A DNA stretch of 54,284 bases, counting the filler, from Sphacelaria rigidula (taxonomy: Eukaryota), in assembly GCA_964200075.2 (NCBI GenBank). It is 4 parts of 4 records of this genome, joined end to end, with 100 filler letters (N's around TTAATTAATTAA, not from the genome) between each part and the next. Parts side by side here need not be neighbours in the genome. Positions count along the whole stretch, not along the records: positions 1 to 13,498 come from CAXNAA020002844.1; 3 more parts are not named here. The stretch is one strand, 5' to 3'. Positions within the stretch are counted from its first letter, which is position 1; each line of letters begins with the position of its first letter. The notes under the pieces are model-generated. The model had not been told where the DNA came from. It ran no database searches and was given only the letters and a program-made list of their open reading frames with translations. Of this stretch, positions 1 through 12,690 are shown piece after piece. A program made the translations under genes and the position numbers.

Positions 1-269
1 CAAAGTTTCAATACACAAACACCAAACGTGGGCCGGTAAATGGCCTGCAAAATACTGTTCCGAATTTCTGAGTGTGCTGTAGGACAGTAAAACATGACAT
101 GTCCCATTTTACTTATTGTGGCAAATTCTAAACAGGTCCTCGAGCGTTTAGAATTGCCCCCTGTTCTGAGCGCCCAGCCGGAATCCAGCAATTTTTTGGG
201 GTCCGTTCAGGATTTTGGGGGTCTAAATCTTGACGATTTTGTTTTATGATGGTCGTTCTTGTAACCAGT

Positions 270-705
270 CCTTCAAAATTTCTGTTCAAAACTGCCTTGT
301 TGGCTCTTCTCCGTCGTCATGCGCCTGAAAAGAGGGCTAGGCGGATGTTGACGCCTTCGAGTGACTTGCTTCAGTCATTGAGACCATTCCAGGGCAATTT
401 TGGTGTTTCCCGCTAACCGCACTTTTATTTTTGGCCAAACACGGATTTTAAATGAAAAACGGGCAAGCCATAAAAAAAGGGGGGAAATTTTGATCACTCG
501 ACCGTTTTTTTACTGATACGCCGTGTTTGGCCTGATTTGGCCAAAAACAAAAGTGCGGCCAGCGGGAAATGCAAAGTTGCTCTAAAACAGTCTCAACGAG
601 TAGAGCAAGTCAATCCAAGGCGTCGACATCCGCCTAGCCCGCATTCCGGGCGTACATCGACGGAGAATGGCCCAAAAGGCAGTTTCTGACAGGACATTTG
701 AACGG
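270..705. repeat. Long imperfect inverted repeat (arms ~270-440 and ~535-705), probably a MITE or DNA transposon end
   Basis: Left arm AACTGCCTTGTTGGCTCTTCTCCGTCG...GGGCTAGGCGGATGTTGACGCCTT...CCGCACTTTTATTTTTGGCCAAA. It is the reverse complement of TTTGGCCAAAAACAAAAGTGCGG...AAGGCGTCGACATCCGCCTAGCCC...CGACGGAGAATGGCCCAAAAGGCAGTT. Confidence 0.85.
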
Positions 706-2858
706 CTCCCATTAGAGCTGGCCTTCGCACATTATTTTACAATCGAAAAAGAAGGGCGGTGGAAAATGATTTGAGCGAAATTCGCTCATTTTTCTTCGAC
801 TTGGGTCCAAGCGAATTCTCAAGCATTCGATCGAAAAACGACAGTGAAATTCGTAAAGCGGTATTTGGTCGCTTGTGTACGGTACAGTCTGTACCGTCTG
901 CACTGTTTGCACGCAGTGTGTCTGTATGTGTGTGTGCGCGCGTGTTTCGTACAGTAGGATGTGGAAGAGAAGCGGGCAACGTACTGTACAGACGGCGCAG
1001 GTCTACCTATTATCTCTGCTTACAATGCGACGTGGAAAGGACTTCGACCACGTGCAGCTTTGTACTGCCTACACTGTCCATGAGCGTGTACGCAAGTCGG
1101 TTGCCCACTCTACCACGCAGTCGAGTCGCTGATTCCAACCATGAGAGATGCTCAAGCTATCGCGACAAAAAAACGCATACCCAACTAGTTCAGCGCATCT
1201 ATTCCTGTACTCAACCCATGCTATACGCTGTTGCCGTGGCAGTTGAAAATGAGTTGTGTGGGGTTTGCATGGTTATGTGAGCGGGTGGTATCTGGCGTGG
1301 TGGTCTGCAAGAGAGGAGGCAAGTGCCTCTCCGTGGCTTTCGAGCGCATGTTTTCGATCGAAAAAGCCAAGCTTCATTACTTTCAACCTCTTCTCCTCAC
1401 GCCACCAATTCAAAAATAGTTGAAGCCAACTGGGAATAGAAATGCGGCGGACTTATCACATCGAAGAAATTATAATTCACCGCGTTTTTTAGATCGAAAA
1501 AAACGTGATATGACGCGCCCTGAGACGCGCCCTGACTTGATGCCAGAATATGACAGCGTGCAATTTTAATGTGTGCGTTTGTCACCGGTGGATCACGGTT
1601 ATTACAGTGTTGCCGACACGTGGTTTGCGTGGTAGAGTCAGCACAGTACGGCCGTATAACCGCGCACAGAGCGAGTTTTTTCTCGTCAATTAAGTAAGGT
1701 AGCTTTATACATTAAGCGCTTCTGATCTACGCAGTGACCCGAGTCCTTCGCCATCCGGATGCCTCAGCCATGTTGGTTGCCTCTACCGCCAGTTTTTTGT
1801 GCTGATTGATCCTCCCTCTTCCAGGGAAGTGTTCCCCTTTAGACTCAGCATAATTCATAACGTGATTCACTATCAGTTGAGCTGTAAATATGTCGCCGAG
1901 CGATGCTCCTCACCACGCATCGACTCCAAAATATTCAACTCCACTGTAACACGACCGCTGTAAACGGGGTTCCTGCATATATATGACTTTCGGTCGGAAA
2001 CCTGGAGTCCAGCCGATTGTGCACAGATTGGGGCCTCTGCTGATGTCGCGAATCTATCCCTGTAATGGCAGCTGGTCCAGGGGCCGATCTCAGCCAGATC
2101 GAAAAAAGGCTAAGAACAAAGCAAGCGTACAAAAGCAGCATGCTGCTTTGTGTCTGCGATATCACCCCGACGCCGGGCGTCGAGGTGACCAATCAATATG
2201 CTGTTTTTGTACTTTGTTTTGCTTGTGGGTTCTTGGGTTGGTCCACGGGTCGTGGGACAATCCTGAACCTGGAATCTTGACGTACGGTAGTGATTTCGCC
2301 CGCACAGGTCGTTGTGACGGGGGCGGCCACGACTGTTCTACACATAGCAAAACAAATCCCCGGTGCACCCCCCTGACCCTTCACCTTCCGGACAATCTCA
2401 GATCGTGAGACGCTGCCGTGCCTGCAAACGCAACGACGCCATCATCCTGGACACCGACCAGCTCGTGGCCGAGTCCTCCAACCCCTACACATCGGGTGCG
2501 CAGTCAAGCACCAAGACGACCTCGAAGACAAGATCTGCAAGGACGCAAACAAACGGAAGTTCGAGCACAGCCCCAAGAAAGCAGCTCGTGCCTCGCTAGA
2601 AAAAAGAGACGAAGAAGCCGAGGCAGTCTCCGTCCGCCGGCGTCGAAATCGATTTTTCTGGAGTCAAGTGGCTCGTGCATCGAGGTGACAGTTCCCTTTG
2701 CCATTGGCATAGCACATGAACCTAGCACATTGAGCATTTACCGGTTGCGCGTTTACCGGGCTGAACAAGTTGATGAGTGCTGGTAGAGGAAGGAGTACTC
2801 TCGACTGGGCGTTTTGAGATTCGGTGAATTGAGCGTGCAGTTGCCAAGGACATTCAGC

Positions 2859-3540
2859 ATGAGGTATCCGGCTTTGAGCGATGATGGAAACAACGTTTGC
2901 AAGTTTTGCACCGCTGGGACTTGGAAAGAGGAGCCCATCAACTGTTGCGGGCAAGGGAAGTTAGTTGTGCACAGACTTTAAACCTTTGCCTGCAGATATC
3001 TATGCCGTTTTCAGCGCTCGTGATTTTTTCCCCAGGAGAAAGAATATACATCACATTTTTGCTCTCACGTGTCTCGGCTCGAGCCACGGTAAAACTTGGT
3101 ATGGTCCCAGCTACACCGTGCACCTCCGTCTCAATGGTAGGCCGTACCACCGCGTGATGGATAGTTTCGGAGTTGCTTACGAAGGAAGAGGTGAAAATAA
3201 TGTCATTACGTACGTCTATGATCACGAACTGCAACAAAGGGCGCAGGCTCTCGACCTCGACGGAGAGACCGTTACTATCATAGCCAACGAACACTGACAA
3301 CATAAATCTTCGGGTGAAAAGGTATCGTGCTCTCCTCATCAAAGTCAATGAGAGAGTGACTATGACAACATGCGCATTTCTTTTGAAGAGTCCTCTCGCG
3401 TCACACCGACCGCAAGGAGTGAGATTGCAGCCTTTATTTACAAAGACAACCCTCGCGAACCTGGAACTCGGCACGTTTACACATATCCACGTAACGGACC
3501 TGTTGAGGAGTATTAACAGCCACGGTTTGCGCCAATCTAC
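2859..3540 (+). mobile_element. Degenerate Helitron RepHel N-terminal fragment (frameshifted)
   Basis: Joined frames read VCKFCTAGTWKEEPINCCGQGKLVV / FKPLP...IFALTCLG...GPSYTVHLRLNGRPYHRV...YVYDHELQQR / VKRYRAL / SEIAAFI. This follows the order of conserved Helitron motifs CxxCxAxxWxEE..CCxxGK, FAFTSxG, GP..RIxGxxYH, YIYD and EVAA. Confidence 0.8.
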
Positions 3541-3665
3541 TTGGATATCGATAATCGATACGATTTTGATGACTATCGGCGATACGCAGTATCGGCATCG
3601 GAGCGTAGAAAACCGATATTTGTGATACGTATCAATATCGAACATCAATACGCTCGATATTTGGC
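3541..3665. repeat. ATCGAT/TATCG-rich subterminal-type repeat truncating the Helitron (similar tracts ~5750-5890, ~6990-7140, ~47350-47505)
   Basis: Dense iterations of GATATCG/ATCGAT/CGATAC in both orientations. Confidence 0.45.
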
Positions 3666-4581
3666 CCCTTTTTCGTCACATTAGCCTAATATCTCGAAAC
3701 CGTCGTCACAGGAAATGTAGGGGGGGTGATATTTCCCGATCGGCAGACCCTCACTTGATTCAGCCCCTCCCCGCGCCACTCTACAAGGTCGCCTGGACAC
3801 ACCACGCACCACGAGTATAGCTGTAGAACGGTTGCGCGGTGTGCAAATGGATGAAGTATCTATTCGTAGGATAGGAGGCGGCAGGGTAAGCGCTGGTGCC
3901 TCGTGGGTTTGGTGATTTGATTCAGCGGGGATGTTTAACAACGACAACGTAAGGGTGGCGTGGCGGAGTAGATGTGAAGTCACGATTAATGCAAAGCTGC
4001 AGATAACTGTAGTAGAAAAAAACTATCCTTCGGAGCATGAGGAGATGGTAGTGTCGCTTCGCCTTTCCTTCATGTTTGACGAGTGTTGGATTTATTCCCC
4101 TCTTCATTCATTAGTCTGGACATTCCAATTGTTGCAAGCTTCATGTTTTTTTTCCTGGTCAGTGATATCCAAAGGTTCACTGTTTGGCACTCAAAAAAGA
4201 GTATTTGACGCATGCCGCCGACGTTTCCTGTTATTTGTAGTGAAAAATGTTGAAAAAAAAAAGAGCGTGCATTTGAGTTTGTGCATGTTCGAGGTTCGAC
4301 ACGTTTTCTTTTCAAATGACTGTGCAGAGTCGAGGTATGCGCTCATTCGATCGAAACACACAGAATAGTGGCCCTGAAATGAAAACCGTATAACCCATAC
4401 CACACCCGGCCCGCTGTGATCAACTACCTCTTGCACGATGACGACATATCCGTTGGACAGCTGCATCACCGCATGCCGTCGCTGCTATGATGTCAATTTG
4501 CACACTACCCGCTGCTGTACGTCATGTGTCCACTGCTGCCCACTGGAAACTACCGTAGGTTGCATAAGATACCACACTCTC

Positions 4582-5543
4582 CAAGGGCGGGTGAAAAAAA
4601 TATTCCTGGACCCACACTCACTTTTTTCCAGTTGGGGTCGATTGGGTGGGGGGGGTGGGGGGGGGGGGGGTAACATTGTTGGGACCGTGTCCGGGCTGGC
4701 AGATTCCGGTTCTATACTAAATCCTATAGTCGCAATGCAACCAAGCTCAACCACAAGTTACTTGGTTTTAGAATGGGTTGAACGGGGGAGAAGAGTCACT
4801 TCACTTGCAGAGCACACCCAAGCACAAGCAGCGCAAAACAAAACAGCAGTCGGTCTCGGCAAGTCTTGGTTTGGTGTTGGGCTCGAAGTACGCTGTGTAA
4901 GCGAACATAAACCGCTTGATCCATTGCTTGATGCAACCTGATCATGAACCCTGGCAAACCCAAGTGAGTCAGATGACTAGAGTTCGGCACCCCAACACCA
5001 GAACAAGCCAAGCCAAGACTTTTCGCAAAAACGCGGCGAGACTAAAAGCTGAAACCGTCAAAAACGCGGGGGGAGGAAACGGGTTGATTGAGTGGGGGCA
5101 AAAGATCGAGGTGGGGGAGGGGGGCAGTTGCGACGAACCACAAACCCTTCACCCGTCTGTGACCGCAGCAACCACTGCAACGGCCGCACTAGTGTGGCTG
5201 AGGGGGTGTAGCTGGAGGATCTGCGAAATTTATTTGGCGTAATCATCTTTACTTGCTAGCTTGAATCATCTTGAATAATCAAAGAACCATTAATGAATTA
5301 ATCGAAAACACTCAACACTGCTCACACCATTGCACACCATCCCAGTTTATTCATGAAACACACGGACAAACCACGCACGGCTCGTGCGCATTGTTTCGAC
5401 AACGTCTTGCTGAGCAACTGACGCCCCGAAGGCTAATAAACTGGTGTCTCATTCGAGAAAAAAAAATCAAATCAGGAGCTGCTGAGAGGAAGGGGGGGGG
5501 GGGGGGGGGGGGGGGGTCCAGGATTTTATTTTAACCGCCATTG
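4582..5543. mobile_element. Non-autonomous DNA transposon (MITE), ~30-bp TIRs, CA...TG termini, 7-bp TSD (P- or hAT-like)
   Basis: Left end CAAGGGCGGGTGAAAAAAATATTCCTGGACCCC; right end GGGGTCCAGGATTTTATTTTAACCGCCATTG. CACTCTC flanks both sides (4575-4581 and 5544-5550). Confidence 0.75.
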
Positions 5544-7228
5544 CACTCTCAGGAGCGATTTTCAAAGCTCGATTACTTTCTCTCGACGATATGGTTGCAA
5601 CCCCGCCCAGTTCAGCCCTGGCATTGATTCCGGTGAAGAGTAAGTGAGCTTTGAAAATCTATCTGGGGGATGTGGTATCTTACGCGACCTAGAGTAGTGA
5701 GTGAGGGTGTCAGTGTGCCAGTGTACCACTCGGTCTTGTACACTGGGGACATACCAAAACAGCCGTATATCGTATCGAATATCGATACTCGAAACGCATC
5801 GTGCCATTTTCCGAATATCGACGAAAATATCGCCATCGCGGGTTGTGGGTCGATATTCTAGAATAACATTCTAAGAATATCGCATCGAACTTTATTCTCG
5901 GTCCCATATGCAACCCTGCCCGGGAGGCCAATACCTGTACCAACGCCCCGAAGTGGAGTCTTATACAATCCAAATGAAAGCTGTGGATACGCTGTCGTTC
6001 TAGAGCCATACGAGTGAGCAGCTGATGATGTAGCGCCGGTCAAACGCTGGTGCAATGCCGATGTGTTCGTGTGAGTACACATGGCTTTGCTTTTCCAACG
6101 CGACATGTATTACTGAGCTCTTGGTTGCTCGTGAGTTGTACGGCGCTGAACCGAACCAGCTGACCTGTCTGTTGTGTTGTAGCATGTGTTCAATAGGACA
6201 AGGTACTTGTGTCAGTAGGGTGTACAAGCCACACCCGCTCTATTTCTGATCTGAGATTCTCGATGTGGACACAAAAAAACGCATCGTCCTCTTTGTACCT
6301 ACTTTCGAGACATTCATCACTCTCCGTCTGCTCTGTCGCTGGGGCTTTGGCATGTTTGTGCAGACGAATATACTCCCTCATGGTTGTGTGGATGCAGGTC
6401 GAGACTACACTTTACAACGTCAGAGGCTTCACGGTCTTGAGTTGGATTCAAGTTGAACAGCAGGACATGTACAGAACATTGGTTCATGAGTGCAATACAC
6501 AACAAACGGAAGGCAAGTCTTGGATATATAGTACGGAGTACTCGACTGAGAGCCCGTGCTGCTGTCAATGCGACCAAGAATTTGAAAACACGGAGATTTC
6601 CAAACTCGGTTCTCACGGGAAGTGCTGAGGCAATGACGTCTGCAAGTGCGCTGCTCAAGGCCACGCCTTCAAACGATATGTCGGGGGAATATACACCATC
6701 CAGTTTATTCCACAGACGGAGTGCAGGGCCGTTTCTTCTCGAGAAAATCCGCTGGAAACTCACCATCCGGGTGATCGGGGGTGTTGAAGAATGTTTTTGT
6801 CAATGCGGTTGGCGGAGGGTTTTCGTTCAATTGATCGCACCTGGCCTCAAAAACAATGGAATCGGCACATCGTACGTGCGTACCTTGTTGAGATATCCTC
6901 TGTAGGGCCAATCGCCACATGAGCCGCAGTGACGTCGAACACCCCACGCTGAGTAATGATGAGCTGCTGATGGTCTTGTGCATGTTTTGTAAATATCGAA
7001 TTCTCTTTTTTATTTTTATGTATATACTTTCGATTTATGAACGAAATTCTGGACTTCTCTTACTTGTCGATAAAAGAAGCCAATCTTCAATATTCAAACT
7101 TTGAACTCGCGGTAGACATATCAATGATATACCCGAGAGTGCCCGAAACAAATCTCCGAGACCTTATGCACCCCCCCCCCTTGTTCCCCCCCCCCTCCAG
7201 CGGTCGTAGGATTTTCTTTTTTTCACAG

Positions 7229-7506
7229 TAAAAAACACCCAATAAATAGCCATTTTAGGGCGACTTGGGTGAGGTAGCGCCCATGACTGTTTTGGCCCTA
7301 TCTGCCACGACAACATTGGATGCAAATTGGCGGTGAAGATACATGCGTTAAGCTCAGTTGAGCAAGCATTGCAGATCATTGTATTATTTTATAGTATTCG
7401 TCGGGTCTTGTTCTTGTCGTGGAAGTGTGATGTGCAATGTAGTGCCGAAACTCATGAATATAACTTGCCCTTGGCTCCGAAGGTATGCGAAGAATTAGAG
7501 CTTCAT
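7229..7506 (+). repeat. Dispersed repeat; second copy at ~53998-54277 (minus)
   Basis: ATAAATAGCCATTTTAGGGCGACTTGGGTGAGGTAGCGCCCATGA...GTCTTGTTCTTGTCGTGGAAGTGTGATG...GCCGAAACTCAT...ATATAACTTG matches the reverse complement of the window end. Confidence 0.9.
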
Positions 7507-7871
7507 TATTATTACCACGAATTATTATTCTGTATTTTTATTGACAAACACGCGAGACTGGAGTTTGTAGCATCGCGTTCCTGGCAGTGGAATACAAGAG
7601 GATATGAGTACACAGTCGTGCTGGTACAACTGTTGTATTACTTTAGACGTTAGGCGCACAGCGGGCTGACTTGACTCGATGACGAAAAATTGAAAGAAGC
7701 TGTTATCGAAATATGCAAAGGTGCGCTATGCATAAAATATAGGTACTCATTTTCGGTGCACGTTTGTGGAATATATCAGGAGTCCCCCCCCACTCAAAAT
7801 GCGAGGCCCTATGCCGATTTTTTTAATCTTGAGTGTTTTCGGGGGGTTAATCAATCCCATATATAAATAAA

Positions 7872-7925
7872 AATAGATAATAGATAATAGATAATAGATA
7901 ATAGATCATAGATCATGGATAATGA
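7872..7925 (+). repeat. (ATAGATA)n heptanucleotide microsatellite
   Basis: About 7 tandem units of ATAGATA/ATAGATC. Confidence 0.9.
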
Positions 7926-9776
7926 ATAGTATATAGATTTCGAACACAAACCCCCAGTCTCAATGATGGTTCCGGCATTGTTAATATAATAGCTGTAGTG
8001 CAATGTCAAAATTGCCTCTAGTAGAGTTAAACATCGTTGGGCTACACCATGTTCATGGTTGGTATCACTTTATTTGAGTATCCCGTGTGCTCCTCCCGTC
8101 CGCAGAATACGTTTCACGTTTTCGTTGAAATCGGCGCCGCAGGCGGCGATTTGTGGTCTACCAAGGCCGCACTTTGCCTAGGGAACCAACCCTATGTACC
8201 TCCCTTGCTCGAGGGTTCTCGGCATGCCCTGGCTTGGGTTTGGGATTATTAGGGATAGCGATGGTTGTAAAATGCGTCAACCTTGAGCATATTGAAGCCC
8301 AACGCCGGTTAACCCTACCTCTATTATTGTTCTGTTACAGTATTTCCATCTCCCTGGACCCCACAGGCCTCCTTTCAAACCCAAGACTCAAGACTTGCCG
8401 TCATGAAGCTGGTCATTTTCCATTTCGTTCGAACACGACAAATAAATAACAAATAACCCACGTGTCCGCTCCACGACCTTCCACGACAAGTGTTCTGACC
8501 CCGATCTCCTAAAGTGCGATCCAGGCCGTAGTACCGTGAAGTGAGCCGTGCAATCTAAAACTGTCCTATCGGGGGCGTATCGAACGATTGCCAGGGATAT
8601 CACGGATCTGCGATTTGCCGTCTTCCTCGGAACCTGCGGTATCGACCGCAGTGTGTGCTACAGTCAGTGCTGCTATATCCCTGAACCTGATTCTGAAGAC
8701 CGCCCGCCAGAAACTAATAACCGTACACCCGAGTGCGTGTGTGCTTCTGTTCGGGAGCGCGGAGAAATAAGGCCTAGGGCTAGCCGGCCCGTTTCCTGGC
8801 ATCGCATTGGATTACGCCGCCTATCTGCTACTACTGTGCTGCAACACCGTTGTACGACGAGATCTCACGCAGACTTCAGCACTACGGCAACATCATGTTC
8901 GGCATCGGGGGTGATCGCAATTCTGCTGGCACGCCAGAGTCGATACAACCTTCGCTGAGCACAAAACTGACGACTCAATTGGAAGGTTGGTGGTGCGATC
9001 CTTGGTCACAGCTTCAAAGGGCATTACTGTGTCACCAAGGTCATAAGATATACTCGTACCGTGCACTGCACAACAGTAAAGTATACTACACGTGAAATAG
9101 TTAGTGGGTGATTATATCGCATGCTGCAGCAGCGACACAACAATCCTGTCAGGTTGAAGAGCCTCGTTCGTACAGTGACCGGTCGCGCAATGAACTGGGT
9201 CGGAGTCTGCCTTGAAAAAGGGATACGCAGCCTTCAGCGGTGAATCGAGTGGGTACCGCAATTGGCGCACTCTCCAACCAACTGCCATTGATGTTCGAAG
9301 AAGATCCCAGCACGATAAATACGTAGGGAACGTTTGCTTCTGATGCTCAGGTCCGTGCGTACCCTGTGCGTACACCAAATCACTCCGTGATTTCAACGAA
9401 AACGGAATCATTTCCGAGATTGGCAAGATTGCTCCTTGGTACAAGTGACGATGCCGAAGGTCACGCGAGCTTGCTTGCATAGATAGTTCTTGCTCATGCA
9501 CCAGTAGGGCGGTCCACGCCCTACGGAGATGGCCGTGCTACCATTATAGCCCTGGATACTACGGGCTGGTTTGCGCTTGTCACCCAAAATTGTGTCGTCA
9601 TCAGCAAAGCCTTTCGCAATACTCCCCCAATACTTGTAGTCGTAAGTCATGATACCATGGGCAACTTGAGAGAGTGACACACGTAGCTGATTTTTGTTCA
9701 AGGCCATAGCGGCGGCGCTCCGGGCAAAAATGTACTTCAATCATTCCGCGGCCTTCGATTTTTTTTCTGAAATTTA

Positions 9777-10516
9777 CTCTTAGACAGCGAGCGTCGCCTC
9801 AGAACAGTTTCACAGGCTGACAGTCCGGAGACTTTCGGGAGTTTCCAGGAGGCGGCGGCGGCGGGGGGGGGGACGTCTGTCCGCAGAGCAGCCGGAAATA
9901 TCACAAAGTCAACCATGTGTCTTTGAAAGTCTCCCGCTCATGATTCTACGCAAGGAACGAGGCGTGACAGGCGCGGAATGACCATTCTGACCAATCACGG
10001 TTGTCAAAATGATCACTTTGTTCCCCTTCAGGTGGACTACGGATGGACTACTTCGCTGTCTACCCGTATTTCTCAGTTTGGTCATGACAGTTCAACCATA
10101 GATTACATGTACACAACCAGCGTGCTCTTTACTCTGCTCGTGGTCCATGTCGCCTGTCGGATCCCTCATGTGTTGCCAGCATAGCTTCGCACCGTCTGTA
10201 GTGTTGCTGTGGAACACTCAGCAGAGTCATCAACAGCATGCAGTATACTGTGTTCAGTGGGCAGCGATAGCACGCTTACTGTCTCTTGCCGTTGTATCCA
10301 GTGAAGACACACAGCACACATGCATACTGACTGCAGGTAATGGACTGCAGGGTCAACACCGGCCAGGGGTTCTCCGGAAACATCTTCTAATATAGATACC
10401 AAATATCGACATGTTCATGAAAAATGCGTCTTGTGTAGCGAGAAAAAAGCTGCTCTGAACCCCAAATGTAGCATAGTCCAATTCAGTCCACCTATACGGG
10501 GGTCGCTGTCTAAGGG
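9777..10516. mobile_element. piggyBac-type non-autonomous element (family PB-A), degenerate TTAA flanks
   Basis: TIR CTCTTAGACAGCGA...TCGCTGTCTAAGGG with TTTA/GTAA flanks. Both ends match the TTAA-flanked copy at 14549-15893 in opposite orientation. Confidence 0.8.
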
Positions 10517-10930
10517 GTAAAGCTACGGATACTCAACCGAGTTTCAATCCAATCTCTACATGCTTTGAGACATGGTAACCGCCACCAGCTCGGGAATCTA
10601 AGGGGGGGGGGAAAGTTGAAAACGGTTACAATGGGGTCGCATTATACCCCAAACCGGGGTATGTCGGATTTCCACTGATGGTGACCACCGAAAACCTAGA
10701 AACCTCCCGGCTGTTTCCCTCATATATTTGCAGAAAACTCAGATCGCCCTCGAACTTGGCAGTTCGGTGGGTATTGGTGCTTCAAATGAAAGGAGAAGGA
10801 AAATGTTTCAAAGTGTCTGCGTTCTTCACGGGCTTCGGGGGATCGTGGCGCAGAAGAACCCCGTGAAGCGGCACAGAATGCCTCAACGAAAAAAATGTAG
10901 TTGTACGCATCCTGGGGTAGTCCGAGGAAC

Positions 10931-11023
10931 ACTTGACTCTTACAGGTCATATGCCGAATCGGCATCAATTTCACTTGCAAATAGAATGCATAATCCAGAT
11001 GGACTACCCTCGCGGTCAAAGCG
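10931..11023. mobile_element. Truncated copy of small piggyBac-type MITE (family PB-B)
   Basis: AGGTCATATGCCGAATCGGCATCAATTTCACTTG...CCAGATGGACTACCCTCGCGGTCAAAGCG|TTAA matches 45173-45270. Confidence 0.75.
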
Positions 11024-11639
11024 TTAAGCAAAGTTTCGTTGCGTAGCTCGAAAATCTGATCCAGCTTTCTCGTTTTAATGCCAGAACACGATTTCATACT
11101 GAACTCAAGTGGTAGGATGTTTGTTTCGAGCTTATTATCACACAAGAACACGAATGTTCACGCCGATTCTTGCAGTTAGACTCTGAAGCTTTGCACACAT
11201 TTACTATTGAACATGAGGAACCTTCTGCGTATGAATTCTTCCGTTTTTTTTTCTTTTCGACAGCTATCGCGGGTCCCAGAAGGGCCTGTGCTCCTCTCAA
11301 CACCCTCAAAATCCTGGGAGCCCGGACAACTGGCGAAAAAAATCGAAAGACCTTATCCGTCAAACGTTTCGCAATGTCGCGCATAGTGTAGGCGTGTAAT
11401 TTTCCAGAATCTAACACGAAGAACCGGCGTGAATATTTACAGATAAAGGACTCTTGGATCGTGAGTGTGAACCAGCTCCCAAGTATCCGGGATGATGGGT
11501 GTCAGGTACGAAAATCACACGACGAAATATCAAAGCTGATGATATACAGTCAAGTAATATGACTCCTCTTCGACGATTCACAAACTCCGTCGAATTTGCG
11601 TTGACTTGGAAGTGCTCGGAGGTAGAGTACCTTCGCCAC

Positions 11640-12690
11640 GAACGAGCGTGCACTGATCAAGTTTTTGCCTGATCCGTGGTTTGCCCCGTTAAAAGCTGCA
11701 CTCATTTGGGATAAGGCAGCAGACGAGCAAGATTATGATGTATTGGTCGCAGCTGTAACTGAGTATTATACTCCCCAACTTTGTGATAAGTGCTCGGGAA
11801 AAGCACGGGATGGGCCACGCGAAGATGTGGTTGGAACTGCAGTGAGTACAGCACAGCCGGGCGCGACGGGATTTCGTCGCCAGAATGGTCGCGGCCGCGG
11901 GGGCACAAGTAACAACTCATGTCGCATCACAAGCTTCTCCCAGTTGTCTAAAAAGGCCGGCGGGAGAGGCCGCGGCGAAACGGGATCTCATCGAAGAGGG
12001 CAAGGACGAGGGCGGGGTCAAATCAGTGGCATAAACAGGCAAGGTCATCATCGTAACTATTGTCGTAACTCTTTCGAGCATGGATCGGGAGCATGGATGA
12101 GACAATCGTCCCCTTCGCCTCGAGCACGAACGCGTTAACGCTCAGGCAGAGCGAGATGCAGCAACAACCACGAAGACCACGCAATACTCGAATGCTTCGA
12201 CGACGAATGGTGCAAGTGACGCCAGCTTAGCAGAAACGACTTTTACCGCGTGGCGCACGCGTCTGATTCACGACAATGGGGCCACCAAGCCTCTGGAGGA
12301 GGTGTCTATTGATTGTTCAGCAATCGCCCAGATGGTCATGTGAGTCGTTTGAATCTATCGAATCTGTCGTAAACGCCACGGAGTGCCGTGTGGCAATCAA
12401 AGGCTCGCGCGGAACAACGATTGCTACCAATCGGGGAACCTTGTTGTTTTCATCAAAGAACCAGAACGGACAACTCGTTTGGATCTCTCTGGAGGTCCTG
12501 GTTTTACCCAATCTTGGGGCGAGCTTGTTGTCAGCTGGTGCTCTACGAGAGAACGCATGAGCGTTGATCTGGTTTTATCTCCACTAGCCTTGGACGCTGG
12601 ACCTCACAAATTTACTCTATCGACCGAAGTGCCGCGCCGAATTGCCCTGCCCATAGCGCTGGAAACACGATTGGGACCTACAACGTTTCC
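11640..12690 (+). mobile_element. Degenerate Ty1/copia gag-protease fragment
   Basis: Gag-like helical segment followed by a GRGRG-rich linker. Then IDCSAIAQM (degenerate IDSGATxHM) and RGTLLF...ISLEVLVLPNLGASLLSAGAL (copia protease VLxVPxLxxNLLSVxxL motif). Confidence 0.65.

Noticed and set aside
712..1535. Possible hAT-like element with long degenerate TIRs
   Set aside because: The inverted similarity between ~713-775 and ~1465-1522 is weak and AT-rich, and no TSD was found.
2938..3648. 236-aa minus-strand ORF
   Set aside because: Antisense to the Helitron fragment; no motifs of its own.
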